Source: Klebsormidium nitens
Lineage: Eukaryota; Plantae; Klebsormidiophyceae
Direction: 5' to 3'
Length of the DNA: 33,284 nucleotides
NCBI GenBank assembly: GCA_000708835.1
Contig: DF237558.1
Location: 1 to 33,284, forward strand
A program made the position numbers and the translations under genes. Positions 1-11,071 of this stretch are shown here, piece by piece (positions within the stretch are counted from its first letter, which is position 1; the number at the start of each line of letters is the position of its first letter). Below the pieces are notes generated by a model. The model saw only the letters and a program-made list of their open reading frames with translations. It did not search any database and had not been told where the DNA came from.

Positions 1-1062
1 GTTGCTCAGATTTCAGCCATTCAGGAGAGGTAATAGACTCAGAATCGAAGGAGGCAAGTAAGCAGAGCGCTACCTAGGGCGCCTTCGTGATGATGGCGCT
101 CAACATGGGAACTTGAGCAAGCACCCCTCCAAGAGGCGTCCCCGTTCCTTAGTCGCTCATGCAGTTGCGGTAGGCAGCTGAGCTTCTATAGCCTAGTATA
201 GGCTGGGGATCTGCTCTTCGATTAACTTTCTGAATGGGAATGGTCTATGAGGTGCTTGGTAACGGAATGGCGTGAGCCCGGCCCGTATGAACAGCGCGTC
301 CCCTTATGGTGCAAGCAGATGCCAGAAGGCCGGGGGGGGCTGGGTGCCCGGTACAATGACCGGGCTGAGTTGGGCTGGAATGCAAGGTCGCGCCAACTGG
401 CGGGCCCCTAACTTCCTAAGTTGGGTAACAGACTAACAGTCTTAAAACAGCTAGAGGCCTCCGACTCCGAGTCGAGATATTTGCACTGCGCCGGCGTCGG
501 TACCGACCGGGCGTGAACCCTGCACCTGGACGAAGAAGCTACCGTAGGTAGCAGGTAGGTATGCCGGCCGTGGACAGGGAGCACGAGAGATCGACACAGG
601 TAGGATACCCAAAACCTGTGCGGTCGGTATCGAGCCGAGCTGCAGGTACGGTACCAACAAGGCCTAGTCTCTAGAGCTCTGACGGGTCTGACTCTGACCA
701 CAGGCCTAGCCGCACTTCCCGGAGATATCCTCAATTCTGACGAATCAGAACACTGCAATTACGATTCGTAGTATCCCCGGGCGATGGGATCAGAGGGATC
801 GAGCTCCCGCGAGCCACCCGGGGGAAGCAAAAATCTGACGGGTGAATGTAATACCACTCGGCAGAGCACCGTACCTACTCAGACTGGTGCTCACTGTTCA
901 CTGTTCACTGTTCAGCCTTGGCTTCAGTTCACTGTGCAGTGACGAGTACCGGTACCGGAGATTTGGATCAGCTGTTGTTGCAGGATCCATTTCAAGGTCA
1001 AATCTGCACCCAGGGGGCGCTACAGTTCCGTCGCTCCTCTTTCCTTCTTTCCGCAGCACATC

Positions 1063-1921
1063 ATGGGTGAGTTCAGAGCGTTTGTGGGCGGGCTGGCCTG
1101 GGCCACTGATGACAGGGCGTTGGAGCAGGCCTTCAGCCGCTTCGGCCAGGTCCTGGAGTCCAAGGTGCGCTACATCTGCCTCCTCAAAGCCTTGACCATT
1201 ACCGCTGGTGCTCGAGCTTTGTAAAGCTTGGGCTGTCTCCGCTGCTCATGGTGGTCAACTGCTGTTATTGCTCGTAAAGGCTGGTTTGTGCTTACTGCGA
1301 ACAAGCCCAAGATGGTTCCACCTTCAAGAAGTTTGTTGTTTTGTAGTCTTCCATGCCCCTTTTGGTTATGCTTTAATATAGGATCAATTTATACAATGGT
1401 ATACATCAGTGCTCTCTGCATGGGTATTGCCGCTGTCACCTGCAACCATTTAAGCAGCGGCAATGGTTTGCCAATTGGTGCAGGGATTGGAGACCATACT
1501 CCATGCACAGTGCTGTATTGTAATTCGGCTTCCTCATCCTTTGACATCCTGCCTTTCATGGTCCTGCCAGGTCATCAGTGACCGCGAGACTGGGAGGTCA
1601 CGTGGTTTTGGCTTCGTCACTTTTGCCGACGAGAACGCTTTGAACGCTGCCATCACTGAGATGAACGGCTCTGAGTTGGAGGGCCGCCAGATCACCGTGA
1701 ACCAGGCGCAGTCTCGCTCCGGCGGCGGCGGCGGCGGCGGCCGTGGCGGCGGCTATGGCGGAGGTCGCGGAGGCTATGGCGGCGGTGGTTATGGCGGCGG
1801 CGGCGGCGGCTATGGTGCCGGCGGCGGCGGCTACGGTGGACAGGGTGGCTATGGTGGACAGGGTGGCGGCCAGGGTGGCTATGGTGGCCGTGGCGGCGGT
1901 GGCGGTGGGCAAGGCTGGTAA
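1063..1921 (+). CDS. GRP7: Glycine-rich RNA-binding protein (single RRM + Gly-rich tail), GRP7/GRP8-like; 2 exons, 150 aa
   Basis: Exon 1 1063-1164 reads [34 protein letters not shown] (RNP2). A GT-AG intron spans 1165-1570. Exon 2 1571-1921 reads [18 protein letters not shown] (RNP1)...ITVNQAQSR, then a GGYG-rich tail and TAA. Sequence and intron position match plant GRP7/GRP8 as I know them; GRP7 versus GRP8 cannot be distinguished. Confidence 0.93.
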
Positions 1922-3361
1922 TGGATGAGCGCGCAGAGGCAGAGGAAGGGGAGGATGGCTGGATCAGGTGTAGGAGGAGTAAAAGAATGAATGCAGAATG
2001 ACTTTGTGACCTTGTCTTGGGTATCTGCTACAAGAGGCTGACATGCGAGGCAGGAGCTGGGCAACCCCTGCAAGCAACACACTCCGCTAGGGTTCAGAGT
2101 TTGGTACCACGCAATATTCGCTGTCTGCCTAGTGCAGCGGCCTAGGTTTTGTCTCGTCCTTTCTGTGATCAAGTTTTGGTCGATAATTATGGTGCCAGCA
2201 GAAAAGGTTGGCAAGTTATCATGTCAGGTTTTGTTTCTCTGAGACCCGGTTGAGACGAAGCGCTGTTGGCAAGCCAGAGCAGAGTTGGCCAGAAGAATCG
2301 ACTTAGAATCAAGCACAGAACTTCTTTCGGAAGAGGGTCACTAGTATCTTGCGTCAATGCCGTTCGCTTTCTTGCAATGAATTCTCAAGACTCTCTAGTT
2401 AGCCTGGTTCGATTGTCTTGTGACTACGCAGATTGTATCGATGAATAAGTGGGCAAGCAAATTGAGTGTTCAGAGTTCTCGCCAATCCTCTTGGAGCATC
2501 TCCAAGTTGCCCTCCCCAAGCTCGTGTGGCATGCATTTGCCCTTGACTTCTGATCTGTTAGTATCTCATGATTAGCATGCACAACCTATGGATCTGATTA
2601 GATGGACCGCCCAGATGCCTTCTGTATGGTTTGCCAGGTCTCAGGTTTTTGAGCATTGGGCATCCTCGGGAAACCCTGTTTGCTTGTATCTTTCTCTCTT
2701 TTCCAAATAATATAGGCTGTATTTTGATTTGAGCGCCGACCGTTAGTGCACTAAGGCCCAAATGCTTTAGATAATTAAGTATATTTCAAGTGTACCTGTT
2801 GACACACCATCTGCCATGCATATCTGTCTATTATTGCTTTCATACACTTGATTGGTGACCATGCATGCTGCTTACCTTGTGAGTCGCTAGAAGCTTAGCA
2901 CGTGGAGTATGTACTTTGAATCTTTTAGTACTCACTCCAGCCATGAGCATATAATCATGTATTTGTTGCAAAGAACAGCATGTATTGAACTACTCGATAT
3001 GACAAAGTTTCTTTCCCGATCCAAGCAACTGTCACTTGCCAAATTATAGCATGCACAGCTACTGCATTTGCAGGATGGCATGCAGCTCACTTCATCGTGA
3101 TCCCTCCTCCGGCTCTAGCTCACATTATACACGATGTCAAATGTTTCCATCCCCGGCCCCAACGCTTCTGTTCTCAACATGCTCGTGTAATGTGCGCACT
3201 TGTGAAGTGAAGTATGGTCCATCGCTCCATCTGGGCGGCTCCGCTCCAGCTGCATACCTGTCCTGAGCAAGTGGCCGCCAAAGACACTTGGGGCCTCGTA
3301 CGGCCATCCTCCACTTCGACCTTTCTGTGGGCCGTTGCCTGCTACCCGCCACTCTGCGAGT

Positions 3362-6300
3362 TTACACCGCGGTGGTGAGGGTGCGTTTGAGGGCCACCAT
3401 GTCCGCGTTCAGGTTGATCCTGCACGACAGCCACCACAAGTTCGTCAAAAGGAGTCTTTCTGTCTTGACTCGTCTGCATGCGTTCCCCGACATCCGAGCT
3501 TTCGCCCCATTACGCTTTCCTGGAGCACCCCGCCTCCTGCTGTCCGCCTCCATGCAAGCACCAGCATTGTGCTGTGGCAACGGGAGTCGGTCTCCTGAGG
3601 AGCCGTTACCTGAGGAGCGGTGCCGCGGCGGCAGTGGCCGTGGGGGAGGAGAGGAACGTGGGGGCGAGGTCGCGCAGGAGGGCCAGCTGCTCCAGCACCT
3701 CGCCTGCACGCAGCACGCAGGTGGAGCTCAGGACAGCGTGCCGCAAGGGGCCGCAGAGCAGGCCGAGCGGCAGCCGCGCTGTGGGTTGAACCACTCAAAT
3801 AGCTCGACGACTTCTGATTGCGGTCCAAGCAAGAACTCATCTGAGGCACGAGTTGGCCACACTGCCGGGCGCCGAGTCTGGCTGTGCGGGCCGCGCTAGG
3901 GCTCACCCTGGTCGGTGAGGCGCGGGTGCGCGCGCACGAGGCGCGCCAGCAGCTGCTCCTGCCGCAGCACGCAGCGGCCCTCCTCCTGGGCCACGGACCT
4001 GCGCACCCCAGCAAGCGCGGCCCGCGTCACCAACGTGGACCACGGCAATTGAGGCAGCCGCGATGGCAAGCATGCGCGCGCAGTATCCATCACGGACAGC
4101 GTGGGCGTCACTGCTACGCATAGCCCATGGTGGTAGAAAAGTAGAATCTCCATCTGCAGTGAAGCTGGGGAGGACGAAACGTACTACAACGATGGCGACT
4201 GAATATCCAGCCAGTTTAGCCACCTGGATGACCTGCTTGATCCTCGCACACTTTGAGCGGACAACTGGGGCACCCTGGAAGACTCGAGTGTGCAGAAGCC
4301 ACGGCTTGCCATAAGGTTACACCGTTTGCTTCCATCGTCCAACATCGTCGGTCGGGGCCCTGCGGTCAAACTGAACGGCATGGCGCTGACTGAGCGAAAA
4401 ACCTGTTCTGCTTTCAGCTATCGACGCAAACGCGTTCGGGTCCCGTTCGGGTGTGTGCCTCGAACAGTTTCGAGACCTCCCGCAGGCAGCCCCCCATGTC
4501 CTCCTCGGCGCTGCTCACCTGAGCAGGTTGACCAGGCCCGGCAGCTGGGCGAGCATCCTCCGCCGCCTGCGCTGCGCCATGGCCGCCGCACCGTTGTCCG
4601 CCTCCTGCCGCCGCTGCTTGGCCGCCACCTGCAGCACGGCCGCCCACACCGTCAGGCGCCGAGGCCCCGACAGGCGCATACCGATCGGGCCGACGACCCG
4701 GCTCCACACCTGGCCAGGAACAATGCAGCCGCAGGGCGCAGGGGACTCGCTGTGCGTGGGCTGCTGTGGGGCTCACCTGCCGCAGGATGTCGAGGGGCAC
4801 TCCCTGCAGGCTGGCCGCTGCTGCCTCCCCGCCCGCTGGCAGCCACACTGTGGGCGACGCGGCAGCCCCGCTCTCGCACCCCGCACTTTCAATGACCCGG
4901 CAGTCGCTGTCTGTTGCACTCGAGGTGGATGTCTGCTTGCCTCGACTGGACCCGCCCCTGCTGTCTATACAGTACGGGTTACTGTGCGTACGGCCAGCGG
5001 CCCCTTGCTCCTCTGTGGCGCCACTGGGCTCGTGTCTCTCTCGCGCGCTGGGCTCCTCGCCTGGCCCGCTGGCCCTCAGCCTGCGGCTCCCTTTCCTGCC
5101 CATGTCACCCCGTGCGTCGCCTGTGGTCCCTGCGACCAGGTCAAACGTGGCCGCCAAGGAGCGCGGGGTGGGCGGCCCTGCCACTCGCGTCGGCCGCGGC
5201 TCCAGGGGCCCAAAGGGGCTGCCGGCGTGGCCCGAGGAGGGGGAGCGCGCTGCTGGGTCCACTGCCAGCTCGGAGCTGGGGGAGCAGGCAGCGCTGGCAG
5301 GGGCAGTCGCCGGGCAGGGGGCTGCGCGCGAGCCGGGAGGAGAGGGGAGGGGGGCGCACGGGATGTCGGGGACCTGCCAGCAACACTGACAGACATGGGT
5401 CGACAGTCTGCGGCTCAGTGGTGATAATGCACAGTCCAAAGGATGCAAGCAGGGAGGCGCGTTCATTGCTGGGTGCTCCTCCCACCCCTCTCGCCAGTGG
5501 CAATCTCCTGCAATGCTGTGGCCCTGCATGCTCAATCCGGCAGCAGTGCTGCCCCGCTGGCGCGGGCCCCACCTGGTCGAGGTCGAAGGCGGGGTGCCAG
5601 CCGTGCGTGTCAGGAAGGGCGTGCTGGTGCAGGAAGGAGCGGTGTGCTGTCTCCGCTGCGCGCCTCAGCCGCTCTCGGAACGCCTGCACCCGCCGCTGGC
5701 TCTGCTCCTGCAGGGCGGACGGGCCGCATGATGGGACGAGGGCGGGGTCTGCACCACCAGAAGAAGGGGCTCAATTTTCTGAGGCTGACGCATGTTCAGC
5801 CAATCCGGCAGGTTGCAGAGGCGCAGGCCCATGGCCGTTGCGCAACAAGGCATGGGCAGCAGGTCCACCTGCTCCTAAGATGCCAATCTGGAGTAGATAT
5901 CTGGTATCTCCTCCCCCCACGCTCACCTCTGTCTGGCTGCGCACCCTGGTCTGGGGTGACGGCAGCGGGCGGGACGGGCTGCAGCAGGATGCGCAGCTCC
6001 CACTTGGCTCCAGGGGGTGTCTGCGCGTCCGTGAGCAGGCCCGTCCCAGCGCAGGCGGGGGCGGGGCGGCGCGCAGGCATGTAGTGCAGGGTGAACGCGT
6101 CAGGGTGCACACCCACCAGCTGGGCGAGCAGGGGCAGGGTGAAGCGCCTGCACGCAGCAACAGGTGAGGCCAGGGGAGGGGGCAGCGGGCCAAAGCAGCC
6201 AGAGCGGCGCTGGGCTGCCAATGTGGAACCGCGAATGGTAAGGAAGTAGCAGAAGCACGAGAGGGCAAGTGTGGGGAGGGCACTGCACTGAGAGGGATCA

Positions 6301-7524
6301 CGCAGTGAAGGTCGTGGGGACAAGGCGCCCATGTCTCGGTCTGGCCGGGTATCACCCATGCAGAGCACCGCTTCATAATGCGAGTGTTGCTCACCTGCCG
6401 GTCGTATCCTCTAGCGGTTTCCTGACGTTCTCAAAGGTGCACGCCTTCTTTCTCGACGCCAGCAAGCTGCACACGCCCTCCAACTTGCGGAAGAGCGCCT
6501 CCAACTGAGCGTACCTGCACGCAACGCGCAGCCACTTCAGATGCGCCTTGCCGTACACGCAGCCAGCGCCGCTGCTCCCCGGGCCATGCAGAGAAAGTTG
6601 CCGGACGTCCACGTTGGGACCCACCACATCGCCTCCTGGGCTTGGAGCCCTGCACAACTAGACAGAAGCACAGAGTAGGCGCGGCATGCTCATGCACGCG
6701 CGGGTGATGAATCAAGGACGCCAAGTGGGAGGGCAACAGCCGGCTCACTTTGGTGGCAGCGGCCGGCCAGTTTGTTTGCCGGATGCTTCGCCTGGGCCCC
6801 GTGCACCCTTCCTTCTCTTGGCCTGGACTGGTGAAACAGCAGCGCCGACTTGTGCCGCTGTGCGCTTGGGCTCCTGCCGGGTAGACGTGCGTGGGGCCGT
6901 TGCAGCACCTGGGGGGGAACTGCCCAGCGTCTGCTGCAGCTCCAAGGCCATCGCCGCCAGCTTGCCGCCCGCCCGCACCTGGACACAGAGGCGGAGAGCG
7001 CTTACCATGGGAGGGGCCACTGGAGCAACATAAAAACATGCCCCAAACACGCACCCAACTCTCAATGTAAAGGCTACTGGGTCAGCAGAGATTGTTCTAG
7101 CAGATCTACAAGTGCAAGGCATAGTGGTGGAACTTCAAAAGGAAATCAACTCAAGGAGGGGCCTACTGCACCCATACACAGCGATGGATTGCTAAACCCA
7201 GTCATTGATGCCTTCAACAAGCCACAAACGTTGTCGTCTTTTCATCTCTGGTCCTTGAGCACCTCCCACTGCAAGCAGTGAACGCCCGTGGGCAGTGTTC
7301 CTCACCCTGCTCTTGACACTCCTCCAGTTTGCAAACTGGTCTGGCACTTCCCCGCCGGCTGCAATAATGCCCTTCTGCTCAGCGGCAGCGGCAGCCATCA
7401 GGGCGCCCCTTCCTTTACGGCGCAAGGGGGACTTCGGTGGTGACTGCGCCGCAGCGTGGGCAGCCATCCCTGGGGAATGGCCCTCACGAGATGGCAGAGG
7501 TGCTCTACTTGACGGCGGTGCCAT
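3362..7524 (-). CDS. CDT1: DNA replication licensing factor CDT1-like; 10 exons, ~683 aa
   Basis: Phase-consistent GT-AG model (minus strand): 7524-7306, 6978-6749, 6649-6395, 6147-5927, 5748-5573, 5373-4777, 4628-4519, 3998-3907, 3703-3610, 3419-3362. CDT1-type motifs: YAQLEALFRKLEGVCSLLASRKKACTFENV...TGR|RFTLPLLAQL, RRVQAFRERL...AHRSFL...WHPAFDLDQ|VPDIP, LQGVPLDILRQ|VAAKQ, RRRMLAQLP, EVLEQLALLRDLAP. The exon 5 acceptor (5748) is the least certain boundary. Confidence 0.88.
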
Positions 7525-7771
7525 TTAATGGCAGATGATAAGGTGGGGGATGTATCTGGGACAGGACGTCACTTTGACCACTTCTAAAATGAACAATGTC
7601 TGGGCCGTTCCGCTAATGCAGCCCTCGGACCCAGTTTCTCAGCAACTGCAACGCAGCAAGAGGTCGTCTTCTAGTCAGATGACGAAGGTACTCCAACTTG
7701 CGACCAGCAGTGCTATGGCGACGCAGGATGTGTCAAGACTCATGTCATGTCACAAGCGGTGAAGATGCTGC

Positions 7772-7779
7772 CCGCCAAA
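7772..7779 (-). promoter_or_regulatory. E2F-type site (TTTGGCGG) upstream of CDT1
   Basis: CCGCCAAA on + equals TTTGGCGG on -, ~250 bp upstream of the CDT1 ATG. It fits the E2F consensus TTTSSCGS, and CDT1 is a known E2F target in plants. A single 8-mer could occur by chance. Confidence 0.45.
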
Positions 7780-8204
7780 GTAAACTTGCCTCTTTCAGAG
7801 CCTGCATCCTCCTATTAAACTGGAGTGTTTGGAGCTTCTTGGTTCAAGTAAAGTCTCCCTGCATATTATAAGTTAGGCCCCTCTTCCATCTAGCGGTCGG
7901 TCTTCCTTTCCTAAGTTCCCATTGGCCAAAACCCCCTTTTAATTAATAATACTAATACTAATAATAGTATACTAATACTATATAGTATTATTATATATAT
8001 ATAATATTACAATAACGGGAACAACACGCTTAAATATCCACGTGTTATTAGTGCCTAGGATGCTTTTTTACGCTGTTTTTATCCATCTAATACCATCCAA
8101 CTACCTCCGAAAAGCACGGGCGGAGTGTACATTGAGACCCCTCACATATTTAACCGTTACCACCCACCATAACCCTATTTTTAACCAATATTTAACCCCA
8201 TTCC

Positions 8205-8362
8205 GAGCACGTATATATTTTAACGGAGTCCTGGATCCCGCTAAAATATATACGTGCTCCAAGTCCACATTAAAATCCCTATTTGTAAGCAGTAATTAAC
8301 CCCACTCCTAGCACGTATATATTTTAAGTGAATCCAGGACTCCGCTAAAATATTCACGTGCT
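8205..8362. repeat. Two ~54-bp hairpin units arranged as inverted copies of each other
   Basis: Unit 1: GAGCACGTATATATTTTA (8205-8222) and TAAAATATATACGTGCTC (8242-8259) form perfect 18-bp arms. Unit 2 (8310-8362) has near-identical arms, and its spacer contains ATCCAGGACTCCG, the reverse complement of CGGAGTCCTGGAT in the unit 1 spacer. Confidence 0.9.
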
Positions 8363-8637
8363 CCGAGTCCTCAGAAAAAAAATTTGAATTTTATCCAGGG
8401 TGGGCGGGTGGGGCAGTATAATATATTTAATAAGGATTAAATTTCCTTCATTTGACGTCTTCCTGAATCCCCCACCAAAACCCCTACAGAATCTCTGGCT
8501 GATATCCTCACAAAAAAAATTTGAATTTCTCCCAGGGCGGGCGGGTAGGGTCGGTATATTGTCTTTCATCTGGATCTTTTTCAAGTCTTTTTGAATCCTG
8601 CACTTTATCACTTCAAAATCATCCTCCCGAATCCTCC

Positions 8638-8660
8638 AAAAAAAAATTTGAATTTTACTG
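8638..8660 (+). promoter_or_regulatory. Inward-facing A-tract/TGAATTTT motif in the TIR (candidate early promoter)
   Basis: AAAAAAAAATTTGAATTTTACTG lies ~43 bp before ATG 8703. The mirror copy at 33172-33194 lies ~45 bp before ATG 33127. Related copies occur at 8374-8392 and 8513-8528 and upstream of many internal genes. Confidence 0.6.
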
Positions 8661-8702
8661 CAGATTTAACTCCGTCTTATTACCCCAACGCGATCATATA
8701 CA

Positions 8703-9047
8703 ATGTCTCCGTCAACAGTTGCTCATCGTGTTTTAAGCAATAGTCTTCCAACTGATATATGTTTACATATTATCGAATTGGTTTTTGGAGTCAACGAAGA
8801 AGACTTGTTTAAGCGATTTCGAGACCTATTCAATGATGCCGAACAATCGTACGATTACCGAAAAAAATTAATGGATGACATGATGGCAGACAATTTTCCA
8901 CCTCATGTTATCAAGAATCATTACAACCGTCTTATTAAATTACCTTACCTGGTGGACGATGGTGATTTTGGATACTATTTGAGTATATTTGCGTCACCAG
9001 AAACTGATAGATTCTTCACAGTTCCACGCTGGTTTCTTCGTATATAA
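8703..9047 (+). CDS. Hypothetical protein, 114 aa; F-box-like LPxDI motif near the N-terminus
   Basis: Clean ATG-TAA ORF directly inside the left TIR; contains SLPTDICLHII. Confidence 0.7.
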   Translation: MSPSTVAHRVLSNSLPTDICLHIIELVFGVNEEDLFKRFRDLFNDAEQSYDYRKKLMDDMMADNFPPHVIKNHYNRLIKLPYLVDDGDFGYYLSIFASPETDRFFTVPRWFLRI

Positions 9048-9155
9048 GACGGGTGGATAGGTATCACTATATTGAAAGCTTGATCGGTTATTACCTTGAA
9101 TAGAGTGTATTATCTGACTTAAGATACTTATTCGGATAGGAAATCTAATCATCTT

Positions 9156-10676
9156 TCAGTCCTTCTTCGTCTTGGCGTTTGTTTTTTTAGTAGGTGTTTT
9201 CTTTTTATTAGAAGTGAAAAGTTCATCGAGTTTGGATTCCAGCATATCGACCTCGTCTTCCGCATCTTTTAACTGTTGTTTCAGTTCGTCTCGTCGCTTC
9301 ACAGCCACCTGGTATCTGTTGATCGTCTTGTTTATAATTCTTTCCCTTGGCGACAATCCTCTTTCCGTACCCATGTCTGAACTCTCTGCTTTTTGCGTGG
9401 TCTGATCTGGTGTCTTCGGTGGTGATGGTGACGGTGATGGTTCGACCTTCTCTTTACCTTTTGACTCTTTCTTCTGCTCCGTCGTTTTCAGATTGGCGAT
9501 GGGAATGTTTTCTTCATCATCAGAGTCAAAGTCGTATTCTTCATCCTCGTCTAGATCTTGATAACCCATCTGAGACGGGATTGAATGCCCCATTCTCATA
9601 CCTAGCTTTCTTCGCTCCGCTATCGATGCTTTTGGATTCTTCCTTAACCACCACGTAATGTACTTACGGCGGAGGATGTTTGCACCTATGTTTTGACTTG
9701 AGTCGATTTCCTTCTTCTTTCCACGTACTATAAGATTGAAGACATCTACTACTTTTCCCGATAAACCTGCTGGAGTATAAGTTACGTTTATAGGTTTGTC
9801 ATTTTTTTGTTTGCAAAGTAGGTACTTCCTCGGAAACGTCTCGTAACTTTTGATGATTGCTTGAGCCAGTTTCGAACCATAACCTTTCCCGAGAACTTCT
9901 TGATATACACCTAGCGTATCAAGAGCACTTTTCTTATATTTTCCGATTCGCATCGTGACTTGCCCATTCTTTTTGTCAATTTCCATCTTGTTATATTCCA
10001 CGGATGCCGTGAATGCTTCATGATTGTCATAAAGTACTACTTTGACAAAATCTTCGATACGACGCGGAGGGATGTCTGTATAAAGCAAAGATAGTATACA
10101 ATGCATTGAGTCGTTCCAATCAGAATCATGCTCATACCCTTCGTTGACTTTATCCACTTTGCGAGCGAAAGTTTCCCATGATAGAATACGTCCGTTATAC
10201 ATAACCTTGGACGACTTGTGTCCAACGTTATCATTCTTTACCCTCTCATGTTCTTTCGAACCTGCATCCATTAGTTTGCTATAGAACAGCAGCACTTCGT
10301 GGCTCAACCCACCGTCCCCCACTACAAGGAATTTATCGATCACGCTTTTGAACGTTGTGAAGAATGTAGTCTGAGAGCTTTTAGCATACCATTCGGTAAT
10401 AATCTTATAAATCTGCTTGGTCTTACTGAAAAACTCATATGCATTCTGTGACTTCCATATTTCGGTTGGAGGTGGTTTCTTCGCTTTTGCCCTCTTTGGA
10501 GGTGGCTTGTTCGGATCTTCTTTTTTGGTTCTCTGACCCTTCTTACGGTTGTCATAAACGATTTGTGCAAGTGCTCTGATACGAATCTCGTAACTTTCAC
10601 CTGTATTGTCAGACAATATCGCTCCTGATGTCAAGTCCTCACACAATTGCTCTAGAGTGTAATCTGGATATACCAT
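9156..10676 (-). CDS. Tyrosine recombinase/integrase (PLV/virophage type), 506 aa
   Basis: Catalytic-like motifs in the expected order: IPPRR (R), IGKYKK (K), NILRRKY (HxxR position with N for H), RMGHSIPSQMGY (H...Y). An acidic/basic coiled-coil tail follows. Confidence 0.82.
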   Translation of the reverse strand: MVYPDYTLEQLCEDLTSGAILSDNTGESYEIRIRALAQIVYDNRKKGQRTKKEDPNKPPPKRAKAKKPPPTEIWKSQNAYEFFSKTKQIYKIITEWYAKSSQTTFFTTFKSVIDKFLVVGDGGLSHEVLLFYSKLMDAGSKEHERVKNDNVGHKSSKVMYNGRILSWETFARKVDKVNEGYEHDSDWNDSMHCILSLLYTDIPPRRIEDFVKVVLYDNHEAFTASVEYNKMEIDKKNGQVTMRIGKYKKSALDTLGVYQEVLGKGYGSKLAQAIIKSYETFPRKYLLCKQKNDKPINVTYTPAGLSGKVVDVFNLIVRGKKKEIDSSQNIGANILRRKYITWWLRKNPKASIAERRKLGMRMGHSIPSQMGYQDLDEDEEYDFDSDDEENIPIANLKTTEQKKESKGKEKVEPSPSPSPPKTPDQTTQKAESSDMGTERGLSPRERIINKTINRYQVAVKRRDELKQQLKDAEDEVDMLESKLDELFTSNKKKTPTKKTNAKTKKD

Positions 10677-10780
10677 TCTGCCTGCCTTATATATTTTAAG
10701 AGCATATAATTCTGGGCAGAATTCGATTTTTTTTCCAGACGAGCATTCAAAACAGAAAATATATTCTCATCTAATTACAA

Positions 10781-11047
10781 ATGACTACATGCAAAATCTG
10801 TTCAGACTTTGAATCCCTGAGACGTGAATATTTAAAACAATGCTATGCTCGCCTTCCCGACGAAGTCAGGAAGGAAAGATCTAGAAAACAGAATATAAAA
10901 ACAAAGCAAAGGTATCTAGATGATCCTGAGTTTAGGCAGAGGCGTCTAGATTATGCTCGCAATCACTACTATGCAAAGAAAGCTAAGCAATCTGCTGCTA
11001 CTGTTTCTAATGCAAAGTCTGCTGATGTTTCTGATGCCAGTTCTTAG
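10781..11047 (+). CDS. Small basic protein, 88 aa; possible DNA-binding protein
   Basis: ATG ORF with an N-terminal CxxC and a K/R-rich helix (RQRRLDYARNHYYAKKAK). Confidence 0.65.
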   Translation: MTTCKICSDFESLRREYLKQCYARLPDEVRKERSRKQNIKTKQRYLDDPEFRQRRLDYARNHYYAKKAKQSAATVSNAKSADVSDASS

Positions 11048-11071
11048 CCTAATGCTGCTGCCAAATCAGAA

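Larger units (their letters stand above)
7937..8686 (+). repeat. Left terminal inverted repeat (inner part verified; outer part inferred)
   Basis: 8552-8660 is a perfect 109-bp reverse complement of 33172-33280, and 8672-8686 matches 33146-33160. 7937-8551 is non-coding, AT-rich and internally repetitive; its partner would lie beyond the window. Confidence 0.85.

Noticed and set aside
1-400. Possible ncRNA (box C GTGATGA at 87 with CTGA at 178; GGCGTGAG...AACAGCG resembling plant SRP helix 8)
   Set aside because: No terminal stem for a C/D snoRNA, and the conserved SRP AGG/GAGCAG bases are not matched. It would need an Infernal/Rfam search.
408-915. Short ORFs, many 4-6-bp palindromes and a (TCACTGT)x3 microsatellite upstream of the GRP gene
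   Set aside because: No recognisable domain, terminal repeat or coding bias; treated as ordinary intergenic/promoter DNA.
3036-7528. Many long overlapping ORFs (e.g. 4914-6167 +, 4453-5424 +, 3288-3899 +)
   Set aside because: They are GC-rich shadow frames or intron read-throughs of the CDT1 gene, which the spliced model explains.
7925-7945. Target-site duplication at the left junction
   Set aside because: The right junction is outside the window, so no TSD or exact left boundary can be called.
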